From NCBI GenBank assembly GCA_964234715.1, contig OZ174275.1: a stretch of 64,000 nucleotides of DNA, one strand, 5' to 3'. The DNA is from Podarcis melisellensis. Its lineage: Eukaryota. The position numbers and the translations under genes were made by a program. This document shows positions 29,042 through 41,024 of this stretch, in pieces; positions within the stretch are counted from its first letter, which is position 1; the number at the start of each line of letters is the position of its first letter. Under the pieces are notes generated by a model. The model was given only the letters and a program-made list of their open reading frames with translations. It made no database searches and was not told where the DNA came from.

Positions 29042-32000
29042 CTAAAGATAGAAAACAAATGCTTAATCTCATGTTCCGGTAGCAGCTACAACTCTTTCAA
29101 CAGCTGTGGGAAGTTTCAGCTGGTCCAGAACGTTACTACAAACCCCCAAAAGACTCAGCAGAGCTTGTAGGAAGTTAGATGCAGAATATGCTTGATCTTA
29201 CCTTTCCTCCAAAGAGCACAGGGTGGCATAAATCCCTCCCCCTTTTTAATTCTCACAGCAACCCTGCAAGACAGGCTGGTCACTCTGTTGGCCTAAGATC
29301 ACCCAGTGTGCTTCACTGTTAAGTGAGGTTTGAGCCTGTGACACCTCAGCCTTAGTCTGACACCCAAACGACCGCACCACACTGGCTCTTTCAGTGCCAC
29401 TTACTACATAAATAACAGGCAGGCAAATATCCAGCACCGGTTCAATAATGACCCAGATGTCCATGCAGAAAACAGTGACTTAGGAAATATGGTGCAAGGG
29501 TTTGTGGTACCATTCAGGAAGCAGGTGGTCAGATCAAAAGATGCTCCTGCCTAGCCAAAAGATCAACTGCTGGAGAGAACATATTGAAAGACTGTATAAA
29601 TTTACAAAATTACATTTCTCGATTGCAGCAGGTGTGAGTGACAACACTGATCCAGCCGATGGTCTTGGATTGCCTCAGAACATTCTTCCACTCATTCTTT
29701 TCTCCCAGACTAATGTATCAAGAGAAGACAAATGCACCTCCATGTGGTTAAAATTACTGGGGGGCAAACAGCAGTTTTATGGGTACTTTCCCCCTTTAAG
29801 ATATAAAAGTGGTGGGGACAGATTTTCAACCATGGGTCTGGTAGCATTTGGTCCAGAAGTGTGTGTGTGTATCTGAGAGAGAGCGTGCATTAAAGCACAG
29901 ACCATGGCTGTGCCTCCATGTCTGCTGCACAACAGACCGAGGAAAATGATATGCTAGACAAAACTGTGTAACGATAGGAAATAAAAAGTGATTCTTGAAA
30001 TACATGTAATTCCTGAAATGTAGGATTACATTTACAGCAATCACTCCCCATAATGAAGAGAGTCCATGCCAGCACAGAGAGCGCTGCCACAGACTCAACG
30101 TCTCCCATTTGGAAAACAATCATCAGCTGACCTTTTCGCTTTTATTTAACAGCAGGAACCTATTATTCGAGGACAGCATTCTATTCCGTTGACATTATCT
30201 CTTTATTTTTCCATAGTGTATGCAGTGTTGACAACCTCATTAAAATCAACCCTGTCAGCTTTCCATTCAATTCAAGTAGAGGACTTGGTATAATAAAACT
30301 ATCAGACAATAACGTCGCATAGAAAGAGGTGTTATAAAAATATTGTCTGGGGCTATTTTGAAACTACTTTCCAAAATACCTTCACAGCTTTAGCCCACCC
30401 CTAAAGAACTTGGAAATCAACAGCATATAAAACTCAGAAGACATAGCATTTTTGCTACATTTCTACAAATCAAATTTTGCTTTGCAAGTTAACTGAGCTT
30501 TTGCCAATGATAGCGGTCTCATGCAATGATTTTGGATGTGTTCACAAGGGAACTAGGCCCACAAGAAGGTGCATTTTTAGCTTTCTACATCTATGGCTTC
30601 TCACCTTACAGCACAGGTGACAGATCTTGGTCCCAATTTACAGAGATCCAGGCCTCAAAGGAGAAGCACTCCTATGTGATTCCAAGTTCTAACGTAGGAA
30701 GTCAGACCCCTACATACATAAGAGACCATTTCCACCCCTGCATGCCGTTGCCAAATGCAATTCCTCTATCCTGCACCTCTAATTCTGCCCTTTAGGAAAG
30801 ATCCCAGAAACATTTTTGATAACTGTTCCGGAGGTCTACTGAAATCCAAGCGTGAACATTTTCCAGAAACAACACAAGAAAGAGAGAGAAAGGGCTTTTA
30901 AGACCTGGGAGCATTTTGGTTGTGTGCTGTTGCTGTCCACCTTAGTTCTAAGGAAACTAGAAAAACAAAATAAAGCAACAAAAATAACTCCCATATAGAC
31001 ACCACGGGCAGCATTGGAAAGTCACCAAGCGACATTAGCATGGTTGCCACCTGTCCCTTCTCCTTGCCTGCACAATGTCGTCATTGAGTGATGTTTCTAC
31101 ATATATCAGGGTTGGGGTTACTGCCAAGCTGAAAACTGAGAGGCCTTGTCTTATGGTAGACATGGGACCTTCTGTTCTCAAAGGGCAAGGATATGGTCTG
31201 TGGTGCTAGCCCTTGAATTTTTCTTCTGCACGCTCAACCCTCTTCACAGAGTTGGGAGGCTGAAAGTATACTGCTCAGGGCAGATGTTTCCACAAAATGC
31301 TACATCTCTTTCCCATCCCCTTCATTTGTTTCAAGTAAGAAGGCATAGGGCAATGCTCAGACGTGATAGCAGAACTAGACAATACCCTTCCAGCTATCTA
31401 GGGAAAGTGCTCCCAGTTCCCAGTTCCAAGGCTGGTCAAAATCAAATATTGAGCAGAAGTCAATCTGTTTCTGGAACCTTTTAATAAATAGAAGTCAGTG
31501 CAGACAAGTTGGCTCTTTCCACCTCTTGTTTTGCCGAGAAATGCTCATCTTGGCCAGCGGCCAGATAGGATTTGAAACAGCCAAGACATTACATTGAACT
31601 CTCAGAACTGAATGCCTTATAAATCCTCACAATACCATGCAGTAATTTTGCACTGGTCAGATTCCGGAGTGCTGAAAGCTTTATGAAAAATAGTTACTGT
31701 GCATGTTCAGTAGCTAGTTTAACTTGACCATTTTGTAACTTCAACCATATCCAGAGGAATAACTACACACAGAGGGCTAAATATCCATACAGAAACCCTG
31801 TATATTTTGTCATAGCAAAGGCCGCAAGTGTAAAGGATGGCGGTTTATTACTCACTGAAAGTCAAATCTGAACTTCTGCCATATTTACAACCATTTGTTT
31901 AGGACCCATGGACAAAATCTCTCAGCAGGGTCAATGGACATTTGCTATGGGTCTTGTTTAGGATAGGATTACAGCTATGGGAGCAATGAACCTTACGAAC

Positions 32001-35000
32001 AAACCACTTTGCTCTAACCAGGGAAGGTCTACTATGATCTCAAAGACCCACACCCGTCAGACGGACTGCTGTGTTCTACAGCAGCTGAAGCTTCCACAGA
32101 GCCATCCAAGGGCAGCTCCATGAATGGTCCTTTACGCAAATCTCGCCTTGAAGTTCTGAAGGCATACATGACTGTAATGGGATCCAAACCGGGGACAGGG
32201 GAAAAGTGCCTTACTCCTTCTACCAGGTGAAGTTGTTGACTGCACTGTAATTTGATGAACAGTGACTCTCTGCAACAGAACCAGCAGGCTGCAAAAAAAC
32301 AACAACAACCAAGAACACAGCTGGCATAGTTTGCACAGCATCCAAACCACATCACACATGCCAGCCGTGAACTATTCGAAGCAACAAGCTTCTGAGTTTT
32401 TAGAAGGTTCCAAGACGATTATGCTAGCCACTAGGTCACACACCCTTCTCTAGTGATTTGGCATCAGCTAACCTGTTAAATGCACCCGCAGATCTTCCAT
32501 GCCTGAACCTCATTAACAGCAGGAGGCGAGGGAAGAAGGGCAGAGAGCAGCTGAGGTTCTCCAGGCACAGAAGCAGTTTCCATTTTGATATATAACCTGG
32601 TTCTAGTTTTTGAAGCATAAAAGGCAATCATTAGTTCTGCATCATAATGAAGGCTACAAAACGTTTTCTCCTCGGGAAGAAGGGAGAGAGCACACCAAGA
32701 ACAGCCTGAAACTCCTGAAGGTGATATTGACCACAAGCACTAATTTGAGGTCATTTGCAGTGGGAGACAAATACCACCTGCACCGAACTATTCGCTTGCC
32801 AAGTTCGGTGTGTGTGGGGGGAAAGAGTCCTCAATCTTCCAGACAACCTGGTCCTTGTGCATGCAAGTCAAGTCTCTACTCTTGCCCGTACGGCTATGTG
32901 TTATATGATGTCTAACACATCAGGGTTTTCATCTTCCAACACTTGAAATGCAATGATTAATGTGTGCACATTATATTGCATAAGTTGCCCTGGAAACTAG
33001 AAGCTGATGACTTCCAGAGTAGGGAAACGTAACTGCTGCCTTCAAGACAAAACAATATTTCTCAGATGCGTAAGAATGCCAGCAACCAAAGACAAAGAAT
33101 ACAGGGAAGAATAATGCTGCCACCTACTGACTCTTTCAGGAGGCAAACATGAAAACCTTCCAAAACAGATGGCTTTCTTAAAGGATTACCCGGAACGTCT
33201 AAGAAACATGAACTTGTTTGAGCCTTGGACTTGTTTACACCAATCAAGGGGTGAAGAAGGCAAAGGAAGGAGGACGGAAAAGAACCTCGGAATGACCAAG
33301 GACTCCCTTCTTGTCTGTTTCATCCAGGACTAGCTCTTTGTGAAAATGATACCACATCACGAACCAAGGCAGGAAGCTAGAACATCCTAGCTCACCTTTG
33401 CAAACAGAGCCTAGGGGAGGTAGCTGATTTATGATGACCACCACCTCAAATGCATCCATTTGAAAAGCCGTATGCTCTCCTCAAGTCGTATAAATCAGGC
33501 CTTAGCAATGTTTTTCCTCCTACGTCATCCATGAGTAATATTATTTCTAATGTAATACTGAGTTACGCACAACTAAGCAAGAAAAACATAACAGGAGCCC
33601 CACAGGATTAGCCACTAATTAAAAAGTAATGAGAAGTGGGTTTTAAAAAAATATGAGTATTGGTTCAAAGACTTCCCAGTCATGAGGAACTGAAGGTGAG
33701 TCATTGTTGAGAGCAAGATTAAGGTCAACCTAGAAATTCTGCACAGATAAGGACAAACCCGTTAAGGCTGAAGAAGAGCTTCTCCATTTGTCTCTGAAAA
33801 TGTTAACTAAAGGTGGCTTAAAAGAGAAAGAATGAAGAGTCATCTCACAGATCAGCAACTCATTAAGATGCAATAGTTATTATCAGGGAGCCGAAAGATA
33901 CGAAGAATGTGCAGGGCACAGAAGGAATGAAGATACACACACACCTATAGGTCTGTCTGTCTGCATCAAAAGAGCACCTGTGGAGTTCAGCAAGACTCCC
34001 TGACCTTCTCTCAAGCCTGAAAGGGGCAGGAGGAGCTGATTTCCGCAGCCTCCCTGAGCTGCACAGGTCCAAAACAGCAAGACTTTGATCCATGAAGCCC
34101 AATACAGCATGGCATATGAAACCCCTCCAGTTCCTGAGCTGGGAGAGGAGCAAACACAATTTTTGGCTACATGCTGAGGATACCAAAATTTAAAAGAGAA
34201 TGGCTACTAATATTGCCAGTAAGATTAAACAATTTCACTCTACAGCTGTCCTGTTCAAATGTATGTTCTTCAGCTGCTGCAAAAAAGTGAGAATCCAGTT
34301 GTGAGACTAGCAGAATGGACATGCCATTAGCATCACAGAGTCACCATTCTGAGTCCATGAACTGCTGCACTAAGAAAACAGTGAACATTGGGGATAAAAG
34401 CGCTTTAAACAATTTCTCAGTCACCTTCTTGTAGCCCTCAGAACTGTAACATCCTGGCCCAGCCTCTCCCCTCAAGAATGTGAGATAAATATGTCAATAA
34501 ATAAAAATTAATGAGAACCTACCCAAGTGACACTGATGCAAAACCCCCACATATACACTAAGTAAAAGAATGTAAGTCTACCCTTCTCCCCCCAAACTTT
34601 ATACCGTGTACAACATTAATGTATCACATCGAATGTAACTGATTTGTAGAAAAGACTATGCGATCTGAAAATAGAGACAGTGCACATATTTTCCTAACCC
34701 AATAAAATCTTTAATAAAAAGTAAATAATAATACTACTACTATTAGTTCTTAAAAGGGAAATAAATCAAAACAAAACAGGCAACTGAAAAAAAGAGAATC
34801 TACCAAAAACTACACTGTGTAAATGAAGGAACATTATGCAGATCTGCCTAAATTGCATTAACTTTAACAATTTTTAAGATTTAGAATGTTTGGGCCCAGC
34901 CACTTGAGAAATGCATTTACTCACCAGCTGTACATAAGCAACTTTGTAATCAGGCTTCTTGATTCGTCGGTTTCTGTGATCCCTCTGCTTCATTGAACCT

Positions 35001-38000
35001 GTTAAGCATATGAAGGCTTCACTTCACTTTCCACAAACTAGCAATTCCTCCCTTCCCTAATAAATGTCTTTTTCAATTAGAGTCGGTTCTGATCTTTGGG
35101 GCAAATGAGTTTTGTAGTCTCACCAGCTGCACTTCCTGAGTGCCAAGGATGTAGTTTTACTGCCCATGATGCTGTTTTACACTGTAATCAACTTTCTATT
35201 TAACTGCATGAACTGTAGGTCATAGCAACACACAAAGATAATTAATGTAAAGCATCAGTACATATTTTTTTAAAAATCCACATATTATGTCATGGTACAA
35301 GAGAGAAACTTTTTACTAAACTAAGAGAAGCATCCACACTGGCACAGTTCAAGTTCCTCAGCCTGACCTGCCATCCTTAGCATTATCTATACACAGCAGA
35401 AAGTGTTTCTAAAATGATATAAGTACTAAAATGATATATTAATACAGAACCCAGAAAATATACACATTTGGAACAGTCTGAGCTAAATCTCCACACATTC
35501 ATTATATTTCCTCAACCCCCACCCTTCTCTCTCCTCATGCACACGTACTAGTTTCCAGTGGTTTAGGATTCTATAAGGAGGATGGAAAGTTCATAGAAAT
35601 CAAACTCCCAGTGGACTGTGCTCACAGACAATAAAGCACTCAGCATGGTTAGAAAGTTCAGCGCAGTTTGTCTCATTTATTTGGCTAAGGGTGCTTTAGC
35701 GAACCTCACATTTTTGCCCTTTACTTATCCATCTCCTTTATATGTTCATTTTCTCTCTCTTATAAATTTGAAGCTTATTATCTAAAAAGATTTACTTTCC
35801 TTACCAATCTTGCAATCCCGAGTCTCTACTGCTCTCTACTATACCAACGATAGTCTTGAAGGAAAACCATACTCCAGGCTTTCTTACAAAGGGGCTGGAT
35901 TGAATTTGAGGACTGCACTTTCTTCCGTTTAGATTTCCTGCCTTTCTTCTGCCACGGAGCTCACTGCAGCAGTTGTGTAGTTCTGAAGGCGTCTCCCACC
36001 CACGTACTGGTAAGATGCAAACCTGCTCAGCTTCAGCAAGCTGGTGGGCCTTCAGACCATAACATTCCTAAGTCCTGGGATAGGTTGCAAAAATCAATTT
36101 TGGACAAATGCAAACACATTTTCCATGGTGTTTCCTTGTCCAAAATTGAGTTTGGTTTATGCCTTTGAACTTTATGATGAGGGGCCTGAACACTCATTTG
36201 TTTCAGGGCCACCTTTCTCAATTTTTTAGCTTTGACCACAATCTCCCCCCCCCCCCAGGATGGCTGGATAATTAGTAAATTCTAAGGATTATATATGAAT
36301 CATTAAGGATAGAGTGTAATCCCAGGAATAAGAAGACAGAGATGATAACCACATCAATGCAGGAACTGTTTGAATTAGAATGAAATATAATCTTTTTGTA
36401 TTGGGCATCAATAATCAATAGCGAACAACTGCCTCTCCAAATAAGAGAGAATTAATTATGGGAGGGAGGGAGGAACAAACAGAGCTCCAAATGCCCTCCA
36501 AACGTATGCAGAAGACTCACCGTGCTGTATCCTGGTTCTTATAGCAGCCACAGGCACTTTATATATACTTTCAAGGTAATCCTTCAATTCCACTCTTGTC
36601 ATTCTGCACCAAATGCAAACAATTACAACACAGAAAGAAACACTTCTAGCAGATATATATATATATTTAAATGGTAAGATAGCTACATAACAATCCATAT
36701 CTTTGGGAGAAATATATTTGGCGGGGGGGGGGTGCAGGAGATAACTTTTATTAACACAAATCAAGAGTAAAAAAACCCAAACCTGGAGCTTAACCCAGAC
36801 ACAACAGAACTACTGTTGGCTGTGGGTTCTAGTCACCCAGGAGTTCAGCCTACTATGGATGGAGCTGCGTTCTTCCTGAAGCAACAGGTCTGCATTTTGG
36901 ATCCAACCCTGCTCCTGAATGCTCAGGTGGCAGGGGTGGCCATGAGTGCCTTTGTCTGATATGCCACCTGGGTCTTTTCCTGGAGAAACCAACCTATGCA
37001 CTTGTCACCTCCAGGCTAGATGACTGAAATGCATTCTTTGGTTTGGTTCGTACATCAACTAAGCCTAACCATGGCTTGACATGAACACACAAATGTACAG
37101 GCTCTGTGTGAGGAGATCATGGCTGAATTGCTCTTCCACAGTTATTCTGTTGCTGTACTGAGATAAACCATGGCTTGGAATGCTCTCCAAAGCCAGGCTC
37201 ATAATTTGGCTTTCACCAGACTAATAAAGAGCTGTAATCAAGGTATGTCCATGGTTTATGGCTCATGGCTTGTCCTGGAGAGCTAAGCTGGGTTCATACA
37301 GCCAAGGCTTAGCTCAACTCAGCCAAGCCCAGAGGGAGAACTAGGGAGGAACAAAGCAGCCCCCAGGATCCCGCAAATTCCCATTATGTCATAGTTTAGA
37401 TTAATGTGACATACAAACCAGATCTATGTGAGGCTGTGCTTGAAGACAGCCCAGACATTTCAACCTGCTTGGAATGCCACTACTGGATAGTGTCCAGAGC
37501 AAGGGAAGTAACAGTACCACTCTATTCTGCCTTGGTCAGTCCACACCTGGAATACTGTGTCCAATTCTGGGCACAATTTAAGAAGGATGTTGACAAGTTG
37601 GAACATGTGCAGAGGAGGGCAACCAAGATGATCAAGGGTCTGGAAACTAAGCCTTACCAGGAGCACTTGAAGGAGTTAGCTATGCTTAGCCTGGAAAAAA
37701 GGAGACTGAGAGGAGATATAACAAAAAAAAAATTCCTTCCAGTAGCACCTTAAAGACCAACTAAGTTAGTTCTTGGTATGAGCTTTCGTGTGCATGGTAT
37801 CTGAAGAAGTGTGCATGCACACGAAAGCTCATACCAAGAACTAAATTAGTTGGTCTTTAAGGTGCTACTGGAAGGGGAAAAAAATTTGTTTTGACTATGG
37901 CAGACCAACACGGCTACCTATCTGTAACTGAGAGGAGATATGATAGACATCTTCAAATATCTAAAGGGCTGTCACATGGAAGAGGGAGCAAGCTTGTTTT

Positions 38001-39299
38001 CTCCTGCTCTGGAGGGTAGGACTCAAGGCAATGGATTCAAGTTACAAGAAAGGAAATTCCGACTAAACACTCAGAAAAACTTTCTGGCACTAAGAGCTGT
38101 TCAGCAGTGGAACAGACTCCCACTAGAGGTGGTGGACTCTCCTTCCTTGGAGGTTTTTAAGCAGAGGTTGGATGGCCATCTGTCATGGATGCTTCAACCA
38201 AGTATCCTGCATTGCAGGGGTTGGACTAGATTACCCTCGGATCCCTTCTATGATTCTAAGCCTTGTCTTTGTCCTTTGGACCCAGAATACTTGCAACATT
38301 CTGGGGAGATGTCTTCTTGAAGTGTTTCATTTTAACCCGATAAGCAGACGTTCCTTTTCTTGTATGTACTTACTCCATGGGGATGCGGAATTGCACAGTG
38401 TCTTCTGGCTGCGGAACACCAGGCCTCACCATTGTCAAGAAGTAATCTGTCCGGAAAACCCTTGTCTGAGGATTTCCATACTGGTACAGGGGATATCTAT
38501 AGACAGAAGTAATAAATAATTCCATTGGGGGGACTGGAATTCTTAATACAAATTATTTCAAGTACATTTATTACCAGGAAGTGGGAATCATAAACTCACC
38601 ATCAAGCTATAAATAAAAAGAATAAATCTGCTTTGAAACCTTAGTTTTAAAGAACAAGCTGCTTCTTTCTCCTTATACATCTATCTATCTCTTAAGGAAA
38701 GGTGATCTAAATGAATTTATTCTATTCCAAGCAACTCCAAATAAACAAAGACGATCATTCATACACAGCAAAAAGCCTGCATTTGCTTAATTCTAATCAT
38801 ATAACTGGATTTTCTATTTGATGACCTTCAAATAGTGACATAAATAGGGATATATTCCTTGGGCAACTCCCATAAGCGTGGCCAGGTATGGCGGGAGTTC
38901 CTAGAGCTGTAGAGTTGGAAGGGACCGAGGGTCATCTAGTCCAACCCCATGCAGTGCAGGATTTATTACGGGTCGATGGCATCTGGAGGGCATCACGCCG
39001 GCTGCCGGCCTCCCTCCCTGCCTGCCCCGCATCGCCCTCCGTGGCGTTTATGAATGAGCCGCGCTTGGGACTCGAACCGGGGAGCCTCTCGCCCGCCGGA
39101 GGTCAGCGGGGGCAGCGCCTTCCGGGCTGCACCACCAAGGCCGCGAGGTCCTCGCTAAGCCCGGCAGCCCTTTCAAAAGAAGCGGGAGCTGCCGCCGCCG
39201 CCGCCGCCAGAGTCGCACCCGGCACGGGGCGCAGAAGCGGAGCCAGAGGGAAACTCCATCCCTCGCGCTACCGGCCACTTACAGAATTCGCCGGGCCAT
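28877..39299 (-). CDS. MRPL23: MRPL23, mitochondrial ribosomal protein uL23m; spliced CDS join(39283-39299,38374-38496,36521-36603,34925-34998,28877-29041), 462 nt, 153 aa
   Basis: Five GT-AG bounded exons splice in frame to [153 protein letters not shown]. This is recognisably vertebrate MRPL23 ([33 protein letters not shown]) and is syntenic with TNNT3. Confidence 0.97.
29200..29389 (-). mobile_element. tRNA-derived squamate SINE (Squam3-like), degenerate
   Basis: Minus-strand head agagccagtgtggtgcggtc...gtgtcagact followed by ...cagggttgctgtgagaatt body; family recalled, not verified. Confidence 0.5.
34925..34998 (-). CDS. MRPL23: MRPL23 exon 4 (74 nt)
   Basis: cag|GTTCAATG...CAGCTG|gtgagt; encodes [24 protein letters not shown]. 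Confidence 0.96.
36521..36603 (-). CDS. MRPL23: MRPL23 exon 3 (83 nt)
   Basis: cag|AATGACA...CACG|gtgagt; encodes [28 protein letters not shown] (inside ORF 36456-36764). Confidence 0.96.
37720..37926. mobile_element. Palindromic Penelope-like (PLE)-derived insert
   Basis: Flanked by the 15-bp direct repeat actgagaggagatat (37705-37719 and 37927-37941); 62-bp inverted arms 37735-37796 / 37814-37875 with 1 mismatch; hammerhead motif inside; family assignment is inferred. Confidence 0.75.
37796..37835 (+). ncRNA. Minimal type I hammerhead ribozyme motif
   Basis: ggtat-CTGAAGA-a-gtgtg(catg)cacac-GAAA-gc-TC-atacc: stem I ggtat/atacc, core CUGANGA and GAAA, 5-bp stem II, palindromic AGCT minimal stem III, NUH cleavage site after C37830. 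Confidence 0.7.
38374..38496 (-). CDS. MRPL23: MRPL23 exon 2 (123 nt)
   Basis: tag|ATATCCCCTG...ATGGA|gtaagt; encodes [41 protein letters not shown]. Confidence 0.96.
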
Positions 39300-39900
39300 G
39301 ATTCCCGATCTCCTCCTCCTCCGACGCTCTCCTCACCCCCGGAAGGGGCGGGCACATCCTGCTACGAGAGGGAGAGCGCATAGACGTAGGAACTTATAGA
39401 GCAGCGATGATGGCTGCTGTTCGGGGTGAATGTTGGCTCCTTTGGCCCCCTTTGTTCCCCTCCCCTGCTGCAAGCGCGAGGGTTTCCAGCCTCAGTGCTC
39501 AGTCATCCCTCTGGTTGCAGGAAAAGGCAGCCTGGTTCAGATCCCTTTTCGGCCTTGGACTCTGTTCCCATGGGGTTACCCCGGAGCAGGCACGTACAAG
39601 TCTTCGTATTGGGCTGCACTACCAGCCCCAAACCATTGCTCAGCCGCATGCAGCTGCATTGCGTTTGGGATAGCTAAAAACTATTGGGAGAGACGCGCCG
39701 CTGCCTCATTTCAGTTACGTTAAAATACTTGGGAGGGGGGATCCTGTCATTTTCCGCAAGCAGAGCCCACTTCTCAGAAGGGACCCGAAGTTCGATTGCT
39801 TATGGGCGTCGAAATTCAAATCTGCGGATACGAGCAGCTCATCTTTGCTCTCGTTCCCTGTTAGTCTCAGTGAAGTGACAGAACGCTCCTCATTCAAAGA
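38980..39900. promoter_or_regulatory. CpG island / MRPL23 promoter
   Basis: GC- and CpG-rich stretch against a CpG-poor background, spanning exon 1; ETS-like CCGGAAG at 39339-39345 adjoins a GC box GGGGCGGG about 45 bp upstream of the ATG; boundaries approximate. Confidence 0.8.
39283..39299 (-). CDS. MRPL23: MRPL23 coding exon 1 (MARRIL, 17 nt)
   Basis: ATG GCC CGG CGA ATT CT|GTAAGT inside the CpG island; phase matches exon 2. Confidence 0.92.
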
Positions 39901-40409
39901 AACCGCACATAGCACCATAGAGATTTGGAAGTGGAGGGGATCCTACATATTGTATTTGACTGCATTCAACCGGAATGCGAAAATGAACGTTGCGTGTCAC
40001 GCTGCCCATTTTCTATCTCTATGGGCTCCCTCCGATTAAGCCCCTCTTGCTATGCGCGGAGGATTTAAATTAGAAAGTCACTCTATCGCCCCCTAAAGGG
40101 CAGAAAGGCTCGCTGCACCCATTTGACGCGGCAACAGAGCTACGGAAAGGAAGGAGGTGAAGGGTGACCTTTTGTGCATCTGCAGCAGGAATTGCTCCGC
40201 TTTGGGGTTCATTTGAGAGAAGTGGTGCTGACCTACATCGCAGGTTCCTTATTAGCCCCCTTGAGATACTGCATGATAAGTGGTTCCAAGATGGTGACAG
40301 GTGGGAGAGGCTTGTAAATATGCCAGTGTCAGTGGGACTCCCCTGTTCCTTATAGGCACATGAGACGGGCAGAGCATCTCCAGCATGTTTCATAGCCATT
40401 GTCCTTTGT

Positions 40410-40551
40410 GAGTTTGACAAGTCCTCTTTTAAAGCCACCCAAGTTGGTGGCGGTCCCTGCCTCCTGTGGCAATGAGTTCCATATTTTAATTATGTGCTCT
40501 GTGAAGAGGAACTTTGCCTTAGGTGTCCTGAACCTTCCAACATTCAGCTTT
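40410..40551 (-). mobile_element. CR1 LINE 3' fragment, abutting the hAT element
   Basis: Minus strand reads aagctgaatgttggaaggttcaggaca...ttcacagagcacataattaaaatatggaactcattgccacagg, a CR1 ORF2-end motif; a similar + strand fragment lies at about 3372-3480. Confidence 0.6.
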
Positions 40552-40559
40552 GTTTAGAG

Positions 40560-41024
40560 CAGTGTTTTTTAACCACTGTTCCGCGGCACACTAGTGTGCC
40601 GCGAGATGTTACCTGGTGTGCCGTGGGGAAAATTGAAAAATTCGAAAGATTAAAAAAAAATGTCAAATTTTCGCCCACTAGGCGGGCACCGGACTGTGTC
40701 CACCCTATTTTCCATCTGTCCTGGGTGGGGATCAGATCGGATGGGATCGGATGAGAGCGGACAGGCGGTCCACTCTCATCCGATTCCCCATAGAGAGCAG
40801 CGGGGCTCTGAAATCTCCCTCTCCACACACAGTGCGGAGACGGAGCTCTCATCCGCCGGCTCAGCGGGGATCAGCGGATCGATCCCCGCTGAGCAGAGAA
40901 CGGTCCGCAACGTTTTTGTTTGCCATTAAAGAAAAAAAATTAAACATTTTCTAATGGTGGTGTGCCTCGTGATTTTTTTCATGAAACAAGTGTGCCTTTG
41001 CCCAAAAAAGGTTGAAAAACACTG
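40560..41024. mobile_element. hAT-type non-autonomous DNA transposon, probably young
   Basis: TIRs cagtgttttttaacc / ggttgaaaaacactg; perfect 8-bp TSD gtttagag (40552-40559 and 41025-41032); CpG-rich interior. Confidence 0.9.

Larger units (their letters stand above)
37486..38258 (+). mobile_element. 5'-truncated CR1 LINE (ORF2 C-terminus plus 3' tail), split by an insertion
   Basis: ORFs 37406 and 37940 give [42 protein letters not shown]...EKRRLRGD / [10 protein letters not shown]...[25 protein letters not shown], typical of the CR1 RT C-terminus; ends in a TTCTATGATTCT tail. Confidence 0.93.

Noticed and set aside
29372-29379. TGGTGCGG (miR-675-5p 5' end) on the minus strand
   Set aside because: Only an 8-mer, lying in the A-box region of a SINE within MRPL23 intron 4; no hairpin, and H19/miR-675 is therian-specific.
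37406-38320. ORFs of 115 aa and 126 aa resembling a reverse transcriptase C-terminus
   Set aside because: Pieces of a truncated, interrupted CR1 LINE, not a host gene.
29042-39282. Intronic C/D or H/ACA snoRNA in MRPL23
   Set aside because: No convincing paired C (RTGATGA) and D (CTGA) boxes with a terminal stem found by eye on the sense strand; needs snoscan or Infernal to exclude.
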